From contig NW_021833477.1 in assembly GCF_006345805.1 (NCBI RefSeq), positions 1 through 28,790 on the forward strand: a stretch of 28,790 nt of DNA, given 5' to 3'. This DNA is from Octopus sinensis (Eukaryota). Each line of letters begins with the position of its first letter. The first letter of the stretch is position 1. This document shows, piece by piece, positions 20,116 to 28,790 of the stretch. The position numbers and the translations under genes were made by a program. Under the pieces are notes generated by a model, which worked only from the letters and a program-made list of their open reading frames with translations, was not told the DNA's origin and did no database searches.

Positions 20116-20764
20116 TAATAAAATGAAGACAAAACAGAGTGAGAGACATGTGTACATATATATTTATATACATTCACGTACATTCATATTATTATTATAT
20201 ACAACTACATACATACTTATATATACATACATACTTTCTTTTGCGAGGAGAAGGTTGAGTTTGAACAGGGAAGAGGGTAAGAATCACAACCTTATTCCTG
20301 TCCCCTAAATTTTAAAGGATGATTTGTATATGAATGGTTTAAAAAATGCAACTTGTGTGTTCTTATATACAATTTTTTGTTGTTAGTGTGGTGGGTGCCT
20401 TGTAGTTTATTCTTTTGGTTTGAAAAAATGACAAAAAATGGGTTTAAAAAATTAAAAATAAATTAACATAAATTAATAGCTTTTAAAATGTTTTTTTTTA
20501 CAAATAAAAAATATATATGTATAAAAAAATTCCAATTTGAAATAAATTATGAAGATTTTTTAAAAAATAAATTATAATTTTTAAATTAAAAAAAATGATA
20601 TACGAATGAATGAGGAGCGAAAAAGGAAGGAAATAATTTTCTTCGCTCTAGTTTAAGTTTTGCTTTTTAGCCACGCTTAATTAAAAATTGAATCTTTTTA
20701 ATTATATCTGATTCAATCAGCAATAGATGTATTCTATAATATATATATATATAATATTATATAT

Positions 20765-20810
<46 letters not shown>

Positions 20811-21229
20811 ATATAGTGTGTACGTGTGTGTATTACGTGTGATTTTATATTATTAATATACATAGTAAGCATAAACACTAAACTTTCGAAACAAGGAAGT
20901 AACCTTACAAAAAAAAAAAAAATTTTTTTTTTGAAGGTAAAAATGTGAAAAGTTTTTTCGTTTGTATTGGACTTTTTTGTTAGTCGCTTTTTTTTTCTTT
21001 TTGTTCTCGGTTTATGCTTTTTTTTCCTTCTTTCCATCTCGATAGACAGACAACGAACGACAATCCGTGATTAATTAATAACTGCGTTAATCAATTTACC
21101 AACGAAATACTTTTAAGACCGTTTTCAAGATTTATGGTTACAGTTCAAAAACGACTACACACAAATTTTCTTTTCACATTTCGCTTCTTACCTCCATAAT
21201 TTAGGTGTTGGAAATATGTACTGTAGCAC

Positions 21230-21262
<33 letters not shown>

Positions 21263-21265
<3 letters not shown>

Positions 21266-21579
21266 AATTATGGATCTACGACGACATAGCAAGTCTCCTT
21301 ATATATATATATACATATATAAATTATTGATTCTACGACGACATAGCAAGTCTCCTTTATATATATATATATATATATAATATATATATATATTATATAC
21401 ATATATATAAATATGGATTCTACGACGACATAGCAAGTCTCCTTTATATATACATATATATATAATATATATATATACAATATATAAATTATGGATTCTA
21501 CGACGACATAGCAAGTCTCCTTTATATATATATATAACATATATAAATTATGGATTCTACGACGACAAGCAAGTCTCCT

Positions 21580-21613
<34 letters not shown>

Positions 21614-21769
21614 TAAATTATGGATTCTACGACGACATAGCAAGTCTCCTTTATATATAATATATATATACATATATAAATTATGGATTCTACGACGACA
21701 TAGCAAGTCTCCTTTATATATATAAATACATATATAAATTATGGATTCTACGACGACATAGCAAGTCTC

Positions 21770-21811
<42 letters not shown>

Positions 21812-21918
21812 GTATATAAATTATGGATTCTACGACGACATAGCAAGTCTCCTTTATATATATATATATATGCACATATATAAATTATGGATTCTACGAC
21901 GACATAGCAAGTCTCCTT
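21263..21918. repeat. Array of 10 copies of a ~39-bp core separated by variable (TA)-rich spacers
   Basis: Core ATAAATTATGGATTCTACGACGACATAGCAAGTCTCCTT at ~21263, 21319, 21407, 21484, 21543, 21613, 21676, 21734, 21816 and 21880. The last copy runs into unique sequence. Confidence 0.97.
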
Positions 21919-22312
21919 TCTTTGCGTTCAGAAGCTTTAGTTATTTAACCGTTCTTGTGATTTTCTTGAACTAGAGCGAGAGAGAGAGAGAGAGAGAGGA
22001 ATGGTGAGGAAAAAATAAGGAAAGAGAGGACGAATGAATTAGGAGACTGGACATTGATATTATCGCTAATTCATTTAATTATCATTTTATCACTCACGAA
22101 AATTATTCTTGAATTCTCTACAATTTTTTCTGTCTTTAAGTATAATTAATTCCATTACGAAAAAAAAAAGAAAGGACACAAAAAATGTTTTTCATTTGAA
22201 TATTATTATTATTACAAAATATTTTTCAAATTTTATTGTCTTAAATAAATATAAGGAATAAATTAATAAATAGATAAATACATACTACGTATGTGTATAT
22301 ATATATATATAT

Positions 22313-22350
<38 letters not shown>

Positions 22351-22704
22351 CTGGGAGTAAAAATGGCGAATGTACTCCACTAAAATGATACAAAAAAATT
22401 TTTTTTCAATCAGAGAAAAAGGCGTCGAATTGAAGACGTAGTTGATGATAGTAATACAGTCGACACAATAGATGCGAGATAGATGTAGATGTGAAATAGG
22501 GATAGGGTTAGATAGCTAGAGACTGACAACGAAGTGTTTCTTTAGTTTTTGTTTTTTTTTTAATTCCAGCATCAGATAATAGGTTCACAACTCCTGATGC
22601 TCCATTCCTGTAAATTACACACAATTTAAAAACTCTATAAATACACCCCGCCCCCAAACCAACTTGAAACTCAGCCGTGATAATTCAAATTACTACTGCA
22701 TGTG

Positions 22705-22738
<34 letters not shown>

Positions 22739-23346
22739 TATATTATATATTATACATACATGCAAGAGAGACATTGTGCTGTCTGTCTGAGTGTATATTA
22801 AATATAATGCGGTTCTTAAAAGCTCCGCACAAACAAAAGCTGGCCGAGCCCCCCCCCCCAATTTTTTTTTAAATAGAAAAAAAAATATTCGCTAAAAAAG
22901 TTTAACAAATATTAAAAGAAAATCTATATAAAAAATAAATAAAATGGCTGCTGAATGAATCAAAAATAACTGGTGGAAAACAGACAGACAAGAGAAGGAT
23001 GGGGTGGAGTTATTGGCGGATGAAAACAAAAAAAAAATTTAATAATGGAAATTATCGTATATATATATAAATAGTGGGATGAATGTAAAGATTTTGAGGA
23101 GATATGAAGTTTTCGGGACCCTTCAGCACACACACACACACATAAATATAATGTATAATATATAGATATATATATATGTAAATACGCTCCCACAAATACA
23201 AAGCGTCTATATTTTAGGACGGTACTAATAGCTTTCCTTAAAAGTAGTGTGGGTTAGCATTTCACCCACACAAGTAAAAATCATACTGGTCTCATACGAT
23301 AATAATAATAATAATAATCGATTTCCTTTCAAAGGGTTCGGTTCCC

Positions 23347-23410
<64 letters not shown>

Positions 23411-24588
23411 TACACACATCTATAGTTAATCTGTGTATGAATTAAATATGATTTTCAAAATCCCTGTAGGATTTGAAAATAGTAAATAATAATAATAATA
23501 ATATAATTATAATAATAGTAATTTATCACATAAAAATAGATATGTAATTATAATTTACTTGTAGATATCAAATTATTATATATTATCGTTTGATTTTGAT
23601 ATAAATATAACTATCGTTTTTGTCTCCCGATGAACTCGTCATGTGAAGAATTGAAACTCTGTCACAGATTTCCCCCCTCTTTATAGACATTCGAGTCTTC
23701 AAAATAAAAATAAATAATTAAAATAAAATAGTATAGAAAATTAGCCGTCTGGCTCATTTCTGTAAAAAATGTTATTTAATAAATATGGTATATGCGCTTG
23801 TAAAATTAATTATTTCTTTTTAAAAAATGTATAGAAATTAAATAGTGTAAAAATTAAGAACCTTTTGTTAAGATTACGTTTAAATAAATATAGGGACATA
23901 GCTGTTTAGATTTGCCATTTTATATGGGGAGATATATTGGATGGATAAATGGCGAGCGGATGGATGCACCAATCAGAGTATGAAAAAAAAATACAGCTAT
24001 GTGGAAGGGTGTATGTTATGTTTGTGTGTGTGTATACACACGTGCATCTAACGATAATGACCAGAGAAATGAATGGATGGATGGATTAACGTGGATTAAC
24101 GAACAGAGTAGATATATATATATATAGGTTGTCAGTCGGGATAGCTAGATAAAGATAAGAGAGGGCGATATAGATAAATAGAAACGGATGGTAGATAGAA
24201 AGATCGATAGAAAGCATCGATATGCAAGACTGATTGCATGATAAAAAATAATGGATGGATCAAAATGTCTTCAATTTTCCTTTTTCTCTTCACAAAAAAA
24301 AAAAGTTTCCCCTCTATTCCTCCTTCCCCGCCCCATCTTCGATCACCTATCAAATTGTATCAAGTTCAATTCTTTTATCCTTTTCTTTCCTTCCTCTCTC
24401 TCTCTCTCTCTTTCTCTCAAAGTTTTTGTTTCTCATCGTCTTTATTTTCCTTTATTATTTCCTCTCATTGTTTTTTTTTTTGATTTAGTATTTTTTTTTT
24501 GTCTTGTGTATGTGTGTTTTTTTTTTTTAATTTGGGGGTGGTTTTGTTTGTTTTCTGGTTCCTGCAATTTTTTTTTTTTTTTTTTTGG

Positions 24589-24876
24589 TTAGTGCATAGT
24601 AATCTCTTGGTAATTTTCGCGACATCGGAACTGGATATCTATGTCTTTGACTGGTGGAAGGATTTCGTGTCCATGGTAGCTGATATCAAGTTCGGCCGTC
24701 TGTCCATTACAAATGTACATTTCAAATTTGTTTATTTGGCTTACGAGGTACCACTTGGCTTGGAGAATTGCGTAACGCTTGCCAGGGCAGAGTGTGCCAA
24801 AGGTCATAATTGGATTCTTCAGCTGTTTACCATTCTTGTAGAACTTCTGATCGACAAAGCGGTCATATTTGTAATC
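24589..24876 (-). CDS. CYP7/CYP8-clan cytochrome P450, coding exon 4 (heme-binding Cys, stop)
   Basis: Acceptor TTTTTCCAG|GAT at 24876. DYKYDRF (PERF region), MTFGTLCPGKRYA (heme Cys), GHEILPP (compare CYP7A1 GLGILPP). TAA at 24591-24589; 288 nt. Confidence 0.95.
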   Translation of the reverse strand, partial: DYKYDRFVDQKFYKNGKQLKNPIMTFGTLCPGKRYAILQAKWYLVSQINKFEMYICNGQTAELDISYHGHEILPPVKDIDIQFRCRENYQEITMH

Positions 24877-25180
24877 CTGGAAAAAACAATGAAAGAAAAA
24901 AATTAATAAAACAGATATACACATACATGTACAAAATATATACTTTCATATATAATTCAATTCTCATTAGCAAAACCGCGATCGCTACTGCACGAGAAAT
25001 ATACTACTAATATATTTGTCTCCGTTTTTAACAATGTACGTCCACAAGAGAGATCAACTCGAGAAGAACAGAGTTTTGTCAATCTGTATTTACTTTAAGT
25101 ATGATACTTTAAGTATGATACACGGCAAAAGGTCCTTAAGAGAAAAAAGTCCCAGGGTTTCTATCTTTATTTTTAGATAT

Positions 25181-25476
25181 CACGTGATCACGTGACCGAC
25201 CAGTCCATCAGATGTAGTTACACATCGCTGGTCACAATGCGTTCGCATTGTTTTAGCCTTCGAATGACGCCACCCCGCTGGCTAAGCGAGCAGGCCAACA
25301 GAAGAAAGAGTGGTGAAAGAGTACAGCAGGGATCGCCACCACCCCCTGCTGGAGACTCGTGAAGCTTTTAGGTGTTTTCTCTCAATAAACACTCACAACG
25401 CCCTGTCTGGGAATCAAAACCGCGATCCTACGACCGCGAGTCCGCTGCCCTAACCACTGGGCCATTGCGCCACCAC
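25181..25476 (-). mobile_element. OR-like SINE (tail type 1) in P450 intron 3 with a 12-bp TSD
   Basis: Reverse complement of the 9916-10217 family. ATTTTTAGATAT is duplicated at 25169-25180 and 25477-25488. Confidence 0.92.
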
Positions 25477-25559
25477 ATTTTTAGATATACTAGGGAAGAT
25501 CTGTCTAACTAAGTCCTTGAAGGAGGTGTAAAAGATAAAAGAAAATATTGAAAACATAC

Positions 25560-25738
25560 CATAGGATCTTCAAAGATTTCAGGGTCTTTATGAATGGCTG
25601 GTGGATAAACAGCGACTCTGTCACCTTTTCGGACAAGAAACGTTTGACCGTTGTTCATTTTGAAATTGCAGTCCTCGTTGACGTAACGTACCATGAAAAC
25701 TCCACTGCACAATCGTAAGGTCTCGCTGTTGATGCTGT
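25560..25738 (-). CDS. CYP7/CYP8-clan cytochrome P450, coding exon 3
   Basis: Acceptor TTACAG|AC (phase 1), donor ATG|GTATG (phase 0), 179 nt. DSINSETLRLCSG (ExxR), RKGDRVAVYPPAIHKDPEIFEDP (compare CYP7A1 RKDDIIALYPQLMHLDPEIYPDP). Confidence 0.95.
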
Positions 25739-25838
25739 CTGTAAGGGAAAGAGACAAAAGAAAATTATCAATATGAGTTTAGGGTTGGCATTCGAACGAA
25801 ATAAGAGACTTGTTACGTTCGAAACAAAAGATAATTAC

Positions 25839-25959
25839 TAACTTAATCACACCGGTGCGAAACATTAGGCGGATTGTTCACAAACACACACACATGCCTA
25901 ACTTAATCACACCAGTGCGAAACATTAGGCGGATTGTTCACAAACATACATACACATGC
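25839..25959. repeat. 60-bp tandem duplication in P450 intron 2
   Basis: TAACTTAATCACACCrGTGCGAAACATTAGGCGGATTGTTCACAAACA.ACA.ACATGC starts at 25839 and 25899. Confidence 0.95.
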
Positions 25960-26004
25960 GTACCTACGAGAAAATGCGCAGCAGAAATAAAATCATATTC
26001 GGAC

Positions 26005-26310
26005 GCTTTGTAGCTACGTGATTTCAGGTTCAATCCCGTTGCCTCGCACCTGGGTAAAAGTGTCTACTATATTGCCTTGAGGCTGACGATCAGTGCCTTG
26101 CGAGTGAAATTGGTAGACAGAAACTATGAAGAAGCCCATCGTGCATGTTTGTTCATGTTCTTGTTAACCTCGCTGTTCGGCAAAACGTGACCGATAAAAT
26201 AAGGTACAAGAAACACGCAACTGGGGTCGATTTGTCCGACCAACCCATTCAAGGCGGTGGGTGTCCTCAGCATGGCCGCAAGTCCAGTGAAGGGATCAAA
26301 TAAAATACAA
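26005..26310 (+). mobile_element. Old, diverged OK-related SINE in P450 intron 2
   Basis: GGTTCAATCCC B-box, TGGTAGACAGAAACT..GAAGCCCATCGT, CTGTTCGGCAAAA..GACCGATAAAATAAG, GGGGTCGATTTG, CAGCATGGCCGCA. Confidence 0.75.
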
Positions 26311-26409
26311 GACACGTGGCAACCCAGACTGTTCGGAAGACTTGGAAAGCACTAAAAACATACACACAAGAATTTACCCACAATGCACCGTAAATTCAAA
26401 AGTACTTAC

Positions 26410-27428
26410 CGAGAACTGGCATTTCTTCGATTTCTTTAATGCTGAAGACAACAGGCCCAGTTTCGTCACTAGCACGTGACTCCATTTTTTTGCGAATCAT
26501 ACCGGAAACTTCGTTTTTAAGTGCATCGTAAGCTTCTCTGTGGCTTAGCAGGAAATACATATTCCAGAAAGACAGACGAAATGTGTTGTAGTTGACGTGT
26601 AAATAGACCAAGTTGTGACCCATAATATCTTGTTCTGATTGGCCATGAGCAAGCATAAATTCAGTAGAGTAGCGTATATAGTCGGATAAATCTTCACGGG
26701 CGAGAATTTTCTTGGAAGACGGTTGTTTGCAGAGAACGGTGAGGGCTTCGATGGCTTTTGGAAATAGTTTGATGGGCAAGCCAAGCCAGAGGTAGTTGAA
26801 ATAACGGTGGAATACATCGAAACAATGATAGACGGTTTGCGGTTCAAAAACCTGATCGTCACTGCGACCGAAAATCGTGTAAAACATGGCTGCGAAATTC
26901 GTTTTGGAAACGAACTTTCTGAGTCCGTCAGTTTCCTGACAGTGGCTCTTGGCATCGTTGTTGTTGTTGTTGTTGTTGACAAGAGCATTGCTTTTGTCAG
27001 TGTTGTTGTTGCTATCTTCATCATTCTTAATGCAGCCGTTGTTCTTGTTGTTGTTACCCTGCGAGACTTTGTTAAAGGCCTCGTCTAAATGGACCGCATA
27101 CCGTCGCATTTCTGTGACCAAGTGAGAACCCCGGACGCGTTTTCCAGCCTCCTTGATCATTTTACGGGCATTGACAAGGACGAAACTGAAGACGTTCATG
27201 TTAACCTGCTTCTGGATCGGGTCGAAATCGAAACACTTTTCACGGCTCATAGCCTCCACGCTGTGCGGGTCGGCGATGATCGTCAACCGCTGATGAAAGA
27301 ATCGGATAGTGAAAATGTCGCCATGGTTCTTTTGGCTATCGTGTAAGAATTTAATGGCATCGTTCTTGAACTGCTCACCGTTTCCCCATATCATGTGACC
27401 GGGGACAATTGGGGGTTCACCCTTCCGC
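26410..27428 (-). CDS. CYP7/CYP8-clan cytochrome P450, coding exon 2
   Basis: Acceptor TTCCTCCAG|G (phase 2), donor CTCG|GTAAGT (phase 1), 1019 nt open. RKGEPPIVPGHMIWGNG..F (proline hinge), HGDIFTI, TIFGR, LWLGLPIKLF, NTFRLSFW and EMPVL all parallel CYP7A1. Confidence 0.95.
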
Positions 27429-28195
27429 CTGGAGGAAAAAAAAAATTAATAGAATAATTAAGAAATTAAGAAACGAGATCATTACAAAAATAAAATAGGA
27501 AAGTAAATTATTGTAGCAAGAAGTAGTACTCAATACATGTGAATTAGTCTTATTTTGTATTCGAATCCTTATGAAGTTAATATATCGGTGCGTGTGTATG
27601 TGTGTGTGTGCACACTTTGATTATTTTCGAGTACAGCGATTCTCAAACGCGTTTGTTGGAAGTCGATATGTACAGGGCGTGGATATGGAAATTGTATGAC
27701 AAAGGAACTGGAGTTACGTAAACACTTTTAAACTTCGCATACTGGTAGAATGTGTTTATAAAACATCTTTTTCTCTTGGCTTTACTGAGAAAATTCTATA
27801 GTCTGTAAGATATTTGTCGTTTATTTTCTTCAATTTCTGCAATTTCAACCAATCAATGACGTCCATTGAGGTGAAAAAACATTCTGTGCCTTATGAATAT
27901 GTCCCTCGTTTAAGAAACAGATTGGGTTTATTTACATTTCTGAAGAAAAAAAGACACCCTTCCCCCCCTAACTAACCCCAAAACAGATTGAAATGCAATA
28001 GATCGATACTAGGGTCATAATTATGGGTGACAATTTCACATGACACCGCTAGAAAAAACTGCCGTTCAAACCGAAAAGATCCCCGTGCGTTTCTTGTACG
28101 ATCATATACTACACACACATGTAATATATATATTCAATTAAATTAATGAAAGAGCGATTGATTAATTGAAAGTGTTTGATTAATTAGTAACTTAC

Positions 28196-28269
28196 CTTCT
28201 TCTGTAACAAAAGCGTTTGTAGTAGGCCATAGATAAGATAACAACGAGGGCCAACAGGTAGATAAACAT
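28196..28269 (-). CDS. CYP7/CYP8-clan cytochrome P450, coding exon 1 (ER membrane anchor)
   Basis: ATG at 28269-28267. MFIYLLALVVILSMAYYKRFCYRR is a hydrophobic anchor followed by basic stop-transfer residues. Donor AG|GTAAG at 28195 (phase 2) joins exon 2 in frame. Total CDS 74+1019+179+288=1560 nt = 519 aa plus stop. Confidence 0.88.
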
Positions 28270-28344
28270 CTTGAGAGTTTTTTTCTTAAATGACGATCTC
28301 CAAGTGACAAACCGACTTCAGAGCGCACAGAAGGATTCGTGCGA

Positions 28345-28390
28345 GTGAAATCTGTAAAGAAATAAAAACGAACGGTCATTTATAAAATTG
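28345..28390 (-). promoter_or_regulatory. Either a TATA-type core promoter or the 3' splice site of an upstream 5'-UTR intron of the P450
   Basis: The minus strand reads TTTTATAAATGACC...TTTTTATTTCTTTACAG|ATTTCAC. TATAAAT at 28384-28378 and a polypyrimidine-CAG ending at 28352 are both present and cannot be told apart from sequence. Confidence 0.35.
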
Positions 28391-28790
28391 ACATTGGATG
28401 GATTAGTCAATTAAATTGATCAATAAAATTCATTGTTTATTGGACAAATTCACAAATAATGTTTGGCGCGTGAAATATTTAATAGATTTACATTTGTTTA
28501 ATTACTTTGCCCACTCCTTCGGTATTAGTATATGACGTAACAGTCACGAGTGAGAGTGCCCTTGTGGTGTTTGGCAGTTTTTAGTTCATCACACACACAC
28601 GTTTAATACACAAATATATAATGTACATGTTTGTGTGTGTATGTGGGTATTTTAAACGCGCGCGTGTGTGTGTGTGTATGTATGTATTTGTGTGTTTCTG
28701 TGTGTATGTGGGTATTTTAAACGCGCGTGTGTGTGTGGTTGTATGGTAGGAGGGTCAACAGAAGTAGTAGGAGTAGGCGATATCATACAC

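Noticed and set aside
21187-21197. Possible minus-strand micro first exon ATGGAG|GTAAG
   Set aside because: No downstream coding exon could be found to join it, and such a short motif is expected by chance.
21263-21918. CRISPR array (constant repeat, variable spacers)
   Set aside because: The spacers are only TA microsatellite, there are no cas genes and the context is eukaryotic.
26545-27346. Overlapping ORFs (26545-27024 minus; 26807-27088 and 27089-27346 plus)
   Set aside because: Alternative-frame or antisense shadows of P450 exon 2 with no independent motifs.
27670-28083. Probable interspersed repeat in P450 intron 1
   Set aside because: It looks like a repeat, but there is no second copy, TIR or TSD in the window, so it is not listed as a feature.
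24589-28269. Assigning the symbol CYP7A1 or PTGIS
   Set aside because: The similarity supports the clan, but the altered motifs and lack of a phylogeny do not allow an orthology call.

Overview
Eukaryotic, AT-rich, repeat-dense DNA that looks like an octopus (coleoid cephalopod) genome, judged from tRNA-derived SINEs resembling the OK/OR families and extensive (TA)n, (AAT)n, (CT)n and (GTG/GTA)n tracts. The only host gene I can support is a 4-exon, minus-strand cytochrome P450 of the CYP7/CYP8 clan (CDS 28269-28196, 27428-26410, 25738-25560, 24876-24589; 1560 nt, 519 aa). It has canonical GT-AG introns and shows short deletions in both the I-helix and the heme-binding loop. Bases 1-15.7 kb are a stack of SINEs, hAT-type MITEs and relics of Tc1, R4/Dong, RTE (BovB-like) and CR1 elements. 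Bases 16-22 kb hold three large tandem arrays. The most notable unannotated signal is a type I hammerhead ribozyme fold with an intact catalytic core at 11391-11487. It lies in a ~470-bp non-coding element whose diverged relative at 590-844 forms a 99-bp fold-back, and a second, degenerate minimal hammerhead sits at 2274-2309. This points to a Penelope-like/retrozyme-type repeat family. Most ORFs in the supplied track are microsatellite or SINE artefacts. All family assignments come from recognition by eye, not from database searches.
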